Shown here: piece after piece, positions 50,186 through 62,984 of the stretch
Layout of the letters: every line of letters begins with the position of its first letter
Numbering within the stretch: the stretch's first letter is position 1
Source of the DNA: an uncultured Gammaproteobacteria bacterium
GTDB lineage: Bacteria > Pseudomonadota > Gammaproteobacteria > JAURND01
Direction of reading: 5' to 3'
NCBI GenBank assembly: GCA_963714975.1
Contig: CAVQQD010000002.1
Coordinates: 480,001-544,000 of the forward strand
DNA length: 64,000 nucleotides
Position numbers and translations under genes: made by a program
Notes under the pieces: generated by a model
The model's input: the letters and a program-made list of their open reading frames with translations, nothing else
Told to the model about the DNA's origin: nothing
The model's database searches: none

Positions 50186-51335
50186 ATTCTAGGAGAGGGG
50201 AGGTGCTGTCCAGAGCATTTTTAATCTCATCCATCATCCCATAAAAATCTGGGTTGTAGTTTAAGCGTTGAATTACATGATGAAGTAAATTGGTCGGCTG
50301 CAGTGATCCAAGATAAATGTCGCCTAATTTGGGCGGTACGGAATGGGGATAATGGATGAATTCTTGATAATCTCCTTGTCTGCCATAATGAGGATTCTCG
50401 GGAGAATTGGGGATGCTTGTATGAGCAAAATCTAAGATTTTTTCTTCGGGAAAATAACTGCTGCGCTCAATGATACGTGGATCTGGCAGATGGAGTGGTT
50501 TTTTTGTATAAACTAGTAAACGATTTTGCGGGTTTTGATAGTGGCTAAAAAAATCATAAACAGCCTTGGTGACAATGACTTCATCCTCATGACTGAGAGC
50601 GATAAATAGTTGGGGTAGCTGAGGATTTAATGCCAGTAATCGGCGAGTTCTTTGGATTAATCGATAGCATTGATAACCCGCATTAAAGCAAAAGGACTCA
50701 TATTTAGCATAATTTTTGAGTGGTGATCGTTTGTACCATTTAAGTGCATTAAAAGCCCAATCAATTAAGTGGAACCAAACGCTTAAACGAATGATTCCCT
50801 CTCCATAGAATTTTAAGGCGGGAGCAAATAGGATTAAGCCTTGGATATGGCTATTATTGATAGCTTGGTCGAGGGCCAAAATTGCCCCTGTTGAATGTCC
50901 CCCTATATAGACCTGATCTACAACTTTCGTCAATTCTTTGATCCCATAGTGGGCTGCCTTAATCCATTCTTGATAACGAATATTAAGTAAATCGCCAGGT
51001 ACGGTACCATGACCTGGAAGCAATAGCCCATACACTAAAAAGCCTTGCTCTTGCAATTGACGACCTACATCGCGCATACCAAAGGGAGAATCATAAAGAC
51101 CATGAATTAATAAAATGCCACGACGTATTGAAGATGATTTTGTGGGCTCAAAGATAAAGGGGCTATTTGCTGCTATGATATGCTCCTGGTGAATATTTTC
51201 ATGCGATGATAAATCCAGGCGAGCTTGGCGGATCATTTTTTGAGTTTCCGCGATATAGGAAGAAAAAGATAATCCTTCACCAATAAATTGGTTATTTAGG
51301 CCTGAGGGTTTTAGTAATCGCGGATCATAGTACAT
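50172..51335 (-). CDS. Alpha/beta hydrolase (esterase/lipase-like)
   Basis: LIHGLYDSP, LPGHGT, nucleophile elbow GHSTG. Confidence 0.85.
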   Translation of the reverse strand: MYYDPRLLKPSGLNNQFIGEGLSFSSYIAETQKMIRQARLDLSSHENIHQEHIIAANSPFIFEPTKSSSIRRGILLIHGLYDSPFGMRDVGRQLQEQGFLVYGLLLPGHGTVPGDLLNIRYQEWIKAAHYGIKELTKVVDQVYIGGHSTGAILALDQAINNSHIQGLILFAPALKFYGEGIIRLSVWFHLIDWAFNALKWYKRSPLKNYAKYESFCFNAGYQCYRLIQRTRRLLALNPQLPQLFIALSHEDEVIVTKAVYDFFSHYQNPQNRLLVYTKKPLHLPDPRIIERSSYFPEEKILDFAHTSIPNSPENPHYGRQGDYQEFIHYPHSVPPKLGDIYLGSLQPTNLLHHVIQRLNYNPDFYGMMDEIKNALDSTSPLLEFIAH

Positions 51336-51439
51336 GCGGCTATCATAGCAAAAATTAACTAGCAATTCCCACTGCTTCAGAGCTACAGGACCTGATAACC
51401 TTGAAGTGATATAGTACTTCACAGCCTGGAGAGTTTGAA

Positions 51440-52849
51440 ATGGTGTTTAATCGTGATTATTTGTCCCAGATATTGCAGCAATTAAATTTACCACCTCAGA
51501 TTATGGTTGCTTATAGCGGCGGCTTAGATTCCCACGCGCTGTTATATGCCCTAGTTGAGTTACGCAACTTAAATCCAGGACTTTCCTTGCGGGCAGTGCA
51601 TATCGATCATGGCCTTAGTGCGCGTTCCGTCGAATGGAGTGCGCATTGTGTTAGGGTATGTCAACAATTAGCAATCGAATGTATCATCAAGAAAATCCAA
51701 GTTATAGCCGCCGAGGATAGTTTGGAAGAAGTGGCGCGAAATTTAAGATATGCCGCTTTCGCTGAAATAATGATGCCCGGCGAATGTCTGGTGACGGCAC
51801 ACACCGTGGATGATCAAGCCGAAACCGTCTTGCTGCAATTATTGCGAGGAGCAGGCATTCCAGGTTTGGCAGCAATGCCCGTGGTTAAACCATTGGGACC
51901 GGGTAAATTAGCTCGCCCGCTATTATCCATAAGTCGAGCAGCATTACATACTTTTGCGTGCGAAAAGCAATTACGTTGGATTGAAGATGAAAGTAACTTA
52001 AATACTAATTTTGATCGCAATTTTATTCGCCATCAGGTCTTGCCGATACTACGAAAGCGTTGGCCCAGTACGGCTAAAGTAATCGCCCGAACCGCGCGCC
52101 ATTGTGCAGAAGCCAATGATTTACTAGCCGAACTTGCCACATCTGCAATTCCCGCTGAAGCCCTGTTCCCCGACGGGTCCTGCCGCGCGGGCAACCCGCC
52201 GTGCTCGCACACTGCGCGCGGCGTTGTTGCCCCACGCGTCACCCGTCGGCCAAAGTACTATAGAGCGGAAATTGCTGATTCCATACTGGGCGGAAGGAGG
52301 GGAAATTTCGCGTTAACCATCTCATGCTTACAATCATTTGATCCTAGTCAGCAAAAAAATGTATTGCGGGTGTGGCTGCGATCTCAGCAGTTTCGGGTGC
52401 CAAGTGAGGTGAAATTACATCAATTACAACAAGACTTTTTACACTCCAAAGCGAGTGCAACGCCCTATATGCAATGGGCGGGAGTAGAGGTGCGACGTTT
52501 TAAGGATAATTTATACGCCATGCCACCCTTGTCCGCTCATGATCCCGGAATAATCCTAACTTGGGATTTGCACCAGCCCCTGGCTTTACCCTCAGGTATC
52601 GGCGTTTTGCAACCGCACATGCTGGCAGCAGAAGGTGTCGATCTCTCAAATGGTTCTTTAGTGACGATCCGTTTTCGGCAGGGGGGCGAACGGTTTAAGC
52701 CAGCAGGCCGTTTTGGGTCTCATCCTTTAAAAAAACTTTTTCAAGAATGGCAAGTACCGCCTTGGCTGCGTGATCGTATACCGCTCATTTATTTGGAAGG
52801 ACATTTGGTCGCCGTGATTTGGCGGCCTTTTATTAGGGATGTGGAGTAA
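51440..52849 (+). CDS. tilS: tRNA(Ile)-lysidine synthetase with in-frame repeat insertion
   Basis: AYSGGLDS, HIDHGL, TAH..DQAET, RPLL, EDESN, LKKLFQE, PPWLR. Confidence 0.95.
   Translation: MVFNRDYLSQILQQLNLPPQIMVAYSGGLDSHALLYALVELRNLNPGLSLRAVHIDHGLSARSVEWSAHCVRVCQQLAIECIIKKIQVIAAEDSLEEVARNLRYAAFAEIMMPGECLVTAHTVDDQAETVLLQLLRGAGIPGLAAMPVVKPLGPGKLARPLLSISRAALHTFACEKQLRWIEDESNLNTNFDRNFIRHQVLPILRKRWPSTAKVIARTARHCAEANDLLAELATSAIPAEALFPDGSCRAGNPPCSHTARGVVAPRVTRRPKYYRAEIADSILGGRRGNFALTISCLQSFDPSQQKNVLRVWLRSQQFRVPSEVKLHQLQQDFLHSKASATPYMQWAGVEVRRFKDNLYAMPPLSAHDPGIILTWDLHQPLALPSGIGVLQPHMLAAEGVDLSNGSLVTIRFRQGGERFKPAGRFGSHPLKKLFQEWQVPPWLRDRIPLIYLEGHLVAVIWRPFIRDVE
52145..52275. repeat. Family D-related palindrome in frame in tilS
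   Basis: gcaattcccgctgaagccctgttccccgacgggtcctgccg...gcggaaattgc; matches 10799-10840 and the nlpD insert. Confidence 0.88.
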
Positions 52850-53126
52850 TGGCTAAGATAGTGATTGCTTTTTTATTAGGTCCATAATACCAAAAAATGC
52901 GATAAGCTGCCGGAGTGTTATTTTCAGCATAAGCTTCAAAAATTTCTTCCCCATGAGGTCCCTGCAGGGAAGAGAATTTATGAGTATTAAGACTTGAGTG
53001 TTTAGGGTTTGTTTCTAAGTAGCCTAAGGCTTTACGGACAGCTTTAAAGCGTTTTGATAACGCAGCACTTTGTTCAAGTTCATCTAAATCATGACTGGCT
53101 TGGGTACTAAATAATAGTTTGAACAT
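52833..53126 (-). CDS. RelE/ParE-like toxin
   Basis: 97 aa; HSSLNTH, FEAY, YRIFWYYG, ILAITPHP; downstream of an AbrB-like gene. Confidence 0.7.
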   Translation of the reverse strand: MFKLLFSTQASHDLDELEQSAALSKRFKAVRKALGYLETNPKHSSLNTHKFSSLQGPHGEEIFEAYAENNTPAAYRIFWYYGPNKKAITILAITPHP

Positions 53127-53144
53127 TTCAATTGTAATTGTTAG

Positions 53145-53417
53145 TTAGTCGATATCATCCTCATCGACATATTTTGCAAAGCTGCCTTTTTCGTGGACTT
53201 GCTGTGAAGCAGCATCTTTTATTCCTTGTGCCACTTTTTTCAAAGCAGCTTTATTATCAAATAACCATTTTTCGCGTGCTGGGATTTCGGTATAAGGCTC
53301 TAAAATAATTCGGTCATCTTTATCTTTTTTGATTAAAAATCCACTCACACCCTCTGCCCATCGACCTAGGGTAATTCTGCCTTTGGAATCTGGTCTTACC
53401 ATTTTTACACATTTCAT
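53145..53417 (-). CDS. AbrB/MazE-like antitoxin
   Basis: DSKGRITLG, IILEP, EKWL, acidic tail; GAGGTG RBS. Confidence 0.7.
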   Translation of the reverse strand: MKCVKMVRPDSKGRITLGRWAEGVSGFLIKKDKDDRIILEPYTEIPAREKWLFDNKAALKKVAQGIKDAASQQVHEKGSFAKYVDEDDID

Positions 53418-53629
53418 TTCACTCACCTCACAAAAAAGAATAGCCCTATGTGGGATATAATTCAAGTGGGAAATAAGAAAATGTCGGAACTCAGTGAAAA
53501 TGTCCCCATAAAAACTCAATAGAAATCCCCCTTTGAAAAAGGGGGGGTAGGGATTAAAGAGGTTGACAACTACACAGCCAACGAACGGCGGCCGTTCTTG
53601 ATTCTCAAAAAAGTAACCTGTTGGTGGCT

Positions 53630-54042
53630 GCGACAAAACTAATCTATTTAGTATTTGTTCGCATAATTCATATAGTACGGGTTTGTGCAGAAATCCGCCT
53701 AATTCTAGGTTTCGCGCTTCAGTTTTTAGTTTTTCATCCCCATGCGCGGTGGCGATGAGAATTGGTGTTTGGCTATATAGGGCCTGGGCTGTGCCGAAAC
53801 TGGCGAGCAACTTCCATCCCATTTAAGTCGGGCAGACCCAGGTCACAGATGATTAACAGGTAGGGGTTATGCAGCTTCTCCAATGCGACTAGCCCACAAT
53901 TGGCTATATCCACATGACAACCAAGCTGTTTAAAGGAGCCGCTGATGGCGCGGGTGGCCATTGGTTCGTCATCTCTGAAGGATGAAGACATTAATAATTT
54001 GATGGATGCTACTTTTAGAGATGGTTCTACTATAAGAAGCAC
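53630..54042 (-). pseudogene. Response regulator receiver domain, frameshifted/decayed
   Basis: DDEP, CDLGLPDLNG in one frame; PILIATAH, FLHKP in another. Confidence 0.7.
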
Positions 54043-54354
54043 GTGGTAGTAATTAAATGAAATAGTGTTTCTTTGTTATCTTTTATTTGTTTCACATACC
54101 TCACCTCACAAAGAAGAATGGCCTAATGTGGGATGTAATTCAAGTGAGAAACAAGAAAAACATATGTTGAAATGATTAATTGCCTTTCTTTATTGAGTGT
54201 GATAAGTTTTCTAAGATTTTTAACAAAAAATATTGTAACTATTCACCACAATTTTGGTTGCAATACTCCTTCTCCCCTTGTGGGAGAAAGAGTTCGCCCC
54301 ATATCATGCTGAATGGTTACAAAATATTTTTAACTACATATATAGAGGTGATTT

Positions 54355-54837
54355 ATGGCGGAGATCAGCATTGAAAGCAAAAGACCTGCGCAGCCAGGGT
54401 TTTTTGAAAGATTAATTTTACCTCCAGCACGATTAAATAAAGAGGATGAGATTATTAAAGGCTTTACTCTTGAGGGAAAAGAAAAAGAAAAAGAAAAAGA
54501 ACAACTGATAAATTGGGTAAATAATAGCAAGTTTTGGCTCTGGGAAGGTAGGCTTGGAGCTATATTGTTTGGTGTGCTAGATACGACCCTCATTAGTATG
54601 CATTTTGGTTATGGGCAGAAGGCTAGCCCAAGTGATGTAGGCCTATATTTTATCGGATTGCTATCCGCGGTGTTTTTATATTTCGTTGTTAAGGGTGTCG
54701 TGGGTTATTGCTGTAAATTACAGGGCATCGCGGACTTGACTGAGAGCTTACAACAAAAGAACTGGGGGGAGGATGAGATTAATAAGGTGATAGATGGTAC
54801 TTTTGGAAATGATGCTACTATAAGAAGTACGCGGTAG
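54355..54837 (+). CDS. Hypothetical two-TM protein
   Basis: 160-aa ORF with GAGGTG RBS; its 3' end is echoed at 53978-54052. Confidence 0.65.
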   Translation: MAEISIESKRPAQPGFFERLILPPARLNKEDEIIKGFTLEGKEKEKEKEQLINWVNNSKFWLWEGRLGAILFGVLDTTLISMHFGYGQKASPSDVGLYFIGLLSAVFLYFVVKGVVGYCCKLQGIADLTESLQQKNWGEDEINKVIDGTFGNDATIRSTR

Positions 54838-54908
54838 TAAGCAATCCATACCTCGGTTTGTAGATCAACTAGGTCCTCGTTTTTTCGTAACCATCCACCA
54901 CGATTTTG

Positions 54909-55053
54909 CCTCTCCCCTTGTGGGAGAGGCCGCCGCGCCGTAAGGCGCGCGGGTGAGGGGTAGGCAGCATTTAGCTAATAAAATGCTTCTTGCTGATTTC
55001 AAGGTTACCCCTCATCCGCCCTTTCGGGCACCTTCTCCCACAAGGGGAGAAGG
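54909..55053. repeat. Inverted pair of family A palindromes upstream of pyrG
   Basis: cctctccccttgtgggagagg..gggtgagggg and cccctcatccg..ccttctcccacaaggggagaagg. Confidence 0.88.
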
Positions 55054-55102
55054 ATCAATAGACTGGGTCTGCTCTTGTTGTTAAAATGCCAGCTGTTCCT
55101 GA

Positions 55103-56938
<1,836 letters not shown>

Positions 56939-56942
56939 TTTC

Positions 56943-57761
56943 GTGAAAATCGGTCCCTATCAGGTAGGTATCCAACATCCCTTTTTTTTAATTGCGGGTC
57001 CTTGTGTCATTGAAAGCGAGCAGCTCGCTTTAGATACGGCGGCAGAATTGCAAGCAGTAACCCAAAGTTTGAATATTCCTTTTATTTATAAGTCTTCTTT
57101 TGATAAGGCAAATCGTACCTCAAATAAAAGTTTTCGTGGTTTGGGATTTGAAAAAGGCTTGCAAATCCTAGAAAAAGTGAAAAATAGCTTAGGGGTTTTG
57201 GTGCTAACCGATGTACACGAGGATACGCCTTTGCAGGAAGTGGCGCAGGTGGTGGATGTGTTACAGACCCCAGCCTTTTTATGTCGGCAAACTAATTTTA
57301 TTCAAAAAGTAGCTGCTTGCGGCAAGCCCATGAATATCAAAAAGGGACAATTTTTGGCGCCGGGGGACATGTCCCATGTGGTTGAAAAAGCCCAGGCGAT
57401 GGGGAATCAACAAATAATGGTTTGTGAACGTGGGGTGTCATTTGGGTATAACAATTTAGTTGCGGATATGCGTTCTTTAATGATCATGCGCCAGTGTGGT
57501 GTTCCTGTGGTGTTTGATGCTACCCATTCAGTGCAACTTCCAGGAGGAGCAGGAGGTAAATCCGGTGGGCAGCGCGAATTTATCCCTGCCTTAGCACGAG
57601 CTGCTATGGCGGTTGGGATTGCAGGGATATTTATGGAAACTCATCCCGACCCGGATAAAGCTTTAAGTGATGGCCCTAATTCATGGCCCTTAAATAAAAT
57701 GCCTGCATTATTGAAAACATTGCAAGCTATTGATCAGATAGTTAAGGCGAAAGAAGGATAA
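56943..57761 (+). CDS. kdsA: KDO8P synthase
   Basis: [33 protein letters not shown]. Confidence 0.97.
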   Translation: MKIGPYQVGIQHPFFLIAGPCVIESEQLALDTAAELQAVTQSLNIPFIYKSSFDKANRTSNKSFRGLGFEKGLQILEKVKNSLGVLVLTDVHEDTPLQEVAQVVDVLQTPAFLCRQTNFIQKVAACGKPMNIKKGQFLAPGDMSHVVEKAQAMGNQQIMVCERGVSFGYNNLVADMRSLMIMRQCGVPVVFDATHSVQLPGGAGGKSGGQREFIPALARAAMAVGIAGIFMETHPDPDKALSDGPNSWPLNKMPALLKTLQAIDQIVKAKEG

Positions 57762-59042
<1,281 letters not shown>

Positions 59043-59085
59043 TCCCCTTTCCCCCGAAGGTGGGAGAGGGTTAGGGAGAGGGGGA
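59043..59085. repeat. Family A palindrome between eno and ftsB
   Basis: tcccctttcccccgaaggtgggagagggttagggagaggggga abutting a GTG start. Confidence 0.85.
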
Positions 59086-59364
59086 GTGAAACCAGCAACG
59101 ATCTTTCTAGTTTCGTTAGTAATTTTACTTGCTGTATTGCAATATAAACTTTGGGTCTCTCCCGAGGGGGTCCCCCAATTTTGGAAATTAAAACATAGCA
59201 TTCAGCAAGTACATAAAGAAAATGCAGTTCTCCAAGAAAGAAATGCTTGGGTAGTGAGGGAGGTCAAGGAATTAAAGCATGGTATGGACGGAGTTGAAGA
59301 ACGCGCTCGTGATGATTTTGGTTTAACTAAACAAGGGGAAGTTTTTTATCAGATTGTTGAATAA
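59086..59364 (+). CDS. ftsB: Cell division protein FtsB
   Basis: LQYKLW, N..L..RN, EERAR..FGLTK.GEVFYQ; after eno. Confidence 0.9.
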   Translation: MKPATIFLVSLVILLAVLQYKLWVSPEGVPQFWKLKHSIQQVHKENAVLQERNAWVVREVKELKHGMDGVEERARDDFGLTKQGEVFYQIVE

Positions 59365-60103
59365 TTCCTTGGCCCCCCTCACCCTAACCCTCTCCCACGA
59401 GGGGAGAGGGGATTTTATAAAATACTGGGCTATTATTCCTGCTGCAGGTCTTGGTAGACGGTTTGGTTCTGACACGCCGAAACAATACCTAATGCTCAAG
59501 GATAAAACTATCTTAGAACATACCCTCAATGTTCTCTTATCCTATCCTTTGTTTCAAAAAATAGTCGTTGTGCTAGCTTCAGCAGATCCTTATTGGTCAA
59601 CATTAACATTACCCAGTCGCACTAAAGAGCGGATTATCTGCGTTACTGGGGGCCAAGAGCGTTACATTTCGGTATATCAAGGTCTGGAAGTCCTTGATAA
59701 AATAGCCGCTCCTGAGGATTGGGTACTGGTGCATGATGCGGTGCGCCCTTGTCTTAACCATGCTGATTTAGATCGGCTTATCCAGGCATTAAAAGATCAT
59801 CCCGTAGGAGGGCTACTTGGCATTCCAGCGCAGGACAGTTTAAAAGCAGTTGATCCACAGCAGAATGTGCAGCACACCGTAGATCGATCCAACATTTGGC
59901 AAGCGCAATCACCACAAATGTTTCGGTTCAATAAATTAAAGCAAGCTTTGGAAAAAGTGATTCGAGAACAACAGTCAGTGACTGATGATGCGGGGGCCAT
60001 TCAGCTATTAGGCGAATCACCCCTGATGGTTGAAGGTAGTCGAGAGAACATAAAAATAACACGTCCCGAAGATTTGTTACTGGCAGAGAAGTTTATGCTA
60101 TAA
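59354..60103 (+). CDS. ispD: 2-C-methyl-D-erythritol 4-phosphate cytidylyltransferase; N-terminus includes a family A repeat (59372-59412)
   Basis: IIPAAGLGRRFG, PKQY, LVHDAVRP, QSPQ, NIKITRPEDL; start uncertain (TTG). Confidence 0.93.
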   Translation: MLNNSLAPLTLTLSHEGRGDFIKYWAIIPAAGLGRRFGSDTPKQYLMLKDKTILEHTLNVLLSYPLFQKIVVVLASADPYWSTLTLPSRTKERIICVTGGQERYISVYQGLEVLDKIAAPEDWVLVHDAVRPCLNHADLDRLIQALKDHPVGGLLGIPAQDSLKAVDPQQNVQHTVDRSNIWQAQSPQMFRFNKLKQALEKVIREQQSVTDDAGAIQLLGESPLMVEGSRENIKITRPEDLLLAEKFML

Positions 60104-60104
60104 A

Positions 60105-60237
60105 TCCCCTCTCCCGCTTGCGAGAGCGGGTGCTGAAGGGGAACGTCGTCCCGGCATGGATGCCGGGATCCAGGGCATAAGGACATGAAACTTTAACGTC
60201 CTTGTTAACTGGATCCCGGCATCCTGCCGGGACGACG
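60105..60237. repeat. Family A hairpin plus family B palindrome (60144-60237) between ispD and ispF
   Basis: cgtcgtcccggcatggatgccgggatccag...ctggatcccggcatcctgccgggacgacg. Confidence 0.9.
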
Positions 60238-60251
60238 GTTGGGGGAACATT

Positions 60252-60761
60252 ATGCGCATTGGCCATGGTTTTGATATTCATTGCTTCGAGCCAGAAAAAC
60301 CTCTGATGTTAGGTGGCGTTCATATTCCTTTCCCGCAAGGGATGAAAGCCCATTCCGATGGTGATGTTCTCTTACATGCCCTCTGCGATGCTTTGTTGGG
60401 TGCCTTAGCTTTGGGCGATATTGGCCAACATTTTCCCGATACTGACCCTGAGTTTCGTTTGGCGGATAGCCGTCAGCTTTTGAGAAATGTGCTAGTATTG
60501 ATAGAGAGTCATGGTTATGTTGTTGAAAATATAGATGCGACAGTGATTGCCCAAGTCCCAAAACTCTCGCCTTATATTGAGCCAATGCGAGTCAATATAG
60601 CCCATGATTTAACAATTGACACGCAGTGTGTCAGCATTAAGGCAACTACGATGGAAAAACTGGGTCCGATTGGAGCAGGTCAAGCCATTGCAGTGCACGC
60701 CGTTGTTTTGTTAAAACGTAAGACAGAGGGTGTGCCAAAGAATGAACATACTCGTTTGTAA
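60252..60761 (+). CDS. ispF: MECDP synthase
   Basis: RIGHGFDIH, HSDGDV, GDIGQHFPD, KATT. Confidence 0.96.
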   Translation: MRIGHGFDIHCFEPEKPLMLGGVHIPFPQGMKAHSDGDVLLHALCDALLGALALGDIGQHFPDTDPEFRLADSRQLLRNVLVLIESHGYVVENIDATVIAQVPKLSPYIEPMRVNIAHDLTIDTQCVSIKATTMEKLGPIGAGQAIAVHAVVLLKRKTEGVPKNEHTRL

Positions 60762-61512
60762 TGATGATGGAGTCTATGCAGAGGGAATGCGCTTATTAGC
60801 AAATTCTCTGCGTAAAATTGGCAAAGTGACCATTATTGCGCCAGATCGTAATCGTAGTGGTGCTAGCAACTCCTTAACTCTTGACCATCCCGTGCGGGTA
60901 AAAGCCTTGGAAGAAAACGTTATCAGTGTTGAAGGCACTCCCACCGACTGCGTGCATTTGGCGCTAACTGGCTTATTAAAAGAACCGCAAGATATCGTTG
61001 TTTCAGGTGTCAATGAGGGTTCGAATTTAGGTGACGACGTGTTGTATTCAGGCACCGTAGCGGCTGCTATTGAGGGACGCTTTTTAGGATTACCGGCAAT
61101 CGCAATTTCCCTGGGCGCCCAAGGAGGTGTGAATGCCTTGACTTCCTTGTATTATGAAACTGCTTGTCATGTGGCTTCTCGTCTAGTGCAGCATCTCAAT
61201 GCCGATCCCTTACCAGCTACTACCATTCTGAATATCAATGTGCCTAATGTGCCATTACAAGAATTAGTTGGGTATCAGGTGACTCGCTTAGGGACGCGCC
61301 ATCAGGCCGAACCGACTATCCGTCAGCTAGATCCTCGAGGGCGTCCGGTGTATTGGGTCGGCCCCCCAGGTTTAGAGCAAGATGCAGGGCCAGGAACTGA
61401 TTTTCATGCTATTCACTCCCGATGTGTATCAATCACGCCTTTGCAGGTTGATTTCACTCACTATCAAGTGTTCGATCAACTCGTTAAATGGATCGATGGA
61501 CTAAAAGAATAA
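60742..61512 (+). CDS. surE: 5'/3'-nucleotidase SurE
   Basis: NDDG, RSGASNSLT, GTPTDCV, YSGTVAAA. Confidence 0.96.
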   Translation: MNILVCNDDGVYAEGMRLLANSLRKIGKVTIIAPDRNRSGASNSLTLDHPVRVKALEENVISVEGTPTDCVHLALTGLLKEPQDIVVSGVNEGSNLGDDVLYSGTVAAAIEGRFLGLPAIAISLGAQGGVNALTSLYYETACHVASRLVQHLNADPLPATTILNINVPNVPLQELVGYQVTRLGTRHQAEPTIRQLDPRGRPVYWVGPPGLEQDAGPGTDFHAIHSRCVSITPLQVDFTHYQVFDQLVKWIDGLKE

Positions 61513-61564
61513 TCTATGTAAATATGCCGCATAAAATCCCTCTGCTAATAAACCTCGGCATTGT

Positions 61565-61617
61565 TCCTTCTCCCCTTGTGGGAGAAGGTGGCCGCAGGCC
61601 GGATGAGGGGAGAGGGG
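61565..61617. repeat. Family A palindrome directly before the yqaA start
   Basis: tccttctccccttgtgggagaaggtggccgcaggccggatgaggggagagggg. Confidence 0.88.
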
Positions 61618-61621
61618 TAAT

Positions 61622-62206
61622 ATGCGTCTTTTTTCTAAATTATATAATCTGGTGATGAGTTGGTCTCAAAATCGTCATGCCCCTTATTACTTAGGTGCGG
61701 TCAGTTTTATTGAGTCTTCCCTATTTCCTATTCCCCCTGATGTCATGTTAGCGCCGATGGTGATGGCCAAACCTGAGTCTGCTTGGCGCTATGCAGCATT
61801 GACAACTATCGCTTCGGTGTTGGGGGCGTTGTTTGGCTATGTATTAGGCATGTTTTTTTTCCATTGGATCATGCCTTATTTTGAGCATTTGGGTTATCTC
61901 TCTGCCTACCAGCATGTGCAAACATGGTTTGCCGAATGGGGGGGCTGGGTTTTACTCGTGGTGGGTTTTACGCCCATTCCGTTTAAACTATTTACCATTG
62001 GCGCGGGAGCTCTGCATATGAGCTTGCTACCTTTTACTGTAGGGGTCTTTGTGGGAAGGGGTATGCGTTTTTATTTGGTATCTGGGTTTATGAAGTGGGG
62101 TGGAGCTAGCATGGATGCATTACTGCGACGCAGTGTTGATTGGATTGGCTGGAGTGTAGTTGGTCTGATTATCGCAGGATATAGCATTTATGCCCTTTGG
62201 AAATAA
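61622..62206 (+). CDS. YqaA/DedA-family membrane protein
   Basis: SFIESSLFPIPPD, GFTPIPFKLFTI, GRGMRF. Confidence 0.9.
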   Translation: MRLFSKLYNLVMSWSQNRHAPYYLGAVSFIESSLFPIPPDVMLAPMVMAKPESAWRYAALTTIASVLGALFGYVLGMFFFHWIMPYFEHLGYLSAYQHVQTWFAEWGGWVLLVVGFTPIPFKLFTIGAGALHMSLLPFTVGVFVGRGMRFYLVSGFMKWGGASMDALLRRSVDWIGWSVVGLIIAGYSIYALWK

Positions 62207-62984
62207 ATTTAAAGCGGGAATTGCGGTTCTAATCCTAAGTTTATTGACACCGGCCTGCACGCTAACTCCCACGGAGGAGGCGCCGATCATTGATGGCTGG
62301 CAACAGCCGGCATTCAGTGGGGATTATCGAGTGCAGCCTGGGGACACTATTTATTCCATTGCTTGGTCTTTTGGGATGGATTATCGTGCTATTGCTAAGT
62401 TCAATCAGCTCACTGAGCCTTACCACTTACATCCTGGACAGTGGTTGTATATGGCTTCTCGTCCCGCAATTTCTGCTGCAGCTCTGATCCCCGAGGGTGT
62501 TGCCCCACGCGTCACCCGTCGGAGCACGGTGGGGTGCCGCAGCGGCAGGACCCGTCGGGCATCAGGGCTGCAGCGGGAATTGCTGAAGGATCCAGTGCAC
62601 AGAGATGTGAAAGCGTCGTCCTGGCAATGGCCAACGGTTGGTAAAGTGGTACGTGGTTATTCACCTGCCTTTGGCGGCAATCGTGGTTTGGATATTAAGG
62701 GTAAGTTTAATCAACCGGTGTTAGCCGCTGCGGCAGGTAAAGTCGTTTATACCGGGTCAAGTATGCCGGGTTATGGTAATTTAATTATCATTAAGCATAA
62801 TGATAATGATTTGAGCGCTTATGCGTTTAATAAGACCCTGATGGTGACGGAAGGCCAGATAGTGAAGACGGGTCAGACGATCGCGATGATGGGGAAAAAT
62901 GAGCGTGGTGAAACCATGTTGCATTTTGAAATTCGTCGAAGTGGCAAGCCTGTAGATCCTAGGAGATACTTAAAGAATGATTGA
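62190..62984 (+). CDS. nlpD: LysM + M23 lipoprotein NlpD with repeat-derived linker
   Basis: Lipobox-like TPAC, Lys[36 protein letters not shown]. Confidence 0.9.
   Translation: MPFGNKFKAGIAVLILSLLTPACTLTPTEEAPIIDGWQQPAFSGDYRVQPGDTIYSIAWSFGMDYRAIAKFNQLTEPYHLHPGQWLYMASRPAISAAALIPEGVAPRVTRRSTVGCRSGRTRRASGLQRELLKDPVHRDVKASSWQWPTVGKVVRGYSPAFGGNRGLDIKGKFNQPVLAAAAGKVVYTGSSMPGYGNLIIIKHNDNDLSAYAFNKTLMVTEGQIVKTGQTIAMMGKNERGETMLHFEIRRSGKPVDPRRYLKND
62466..62612. repeat. Family D-related palindrome (62466-62583) plus half family B unit, in frame in nlpD
   Basis: gcaatttctgctgcagctctgat...atcagggctgcagcgggaattgc then ggatccagtgcacagagatgtgaaa. Confidence 0.85.

Noticed and set aside
53145-53822. 225-aa ORF looking like a receiver-antitoxin fusion
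   Set aside because: Chance read-through of a pseudogene and a repeat; the antitoxin has its own RBS and ATG at 53417
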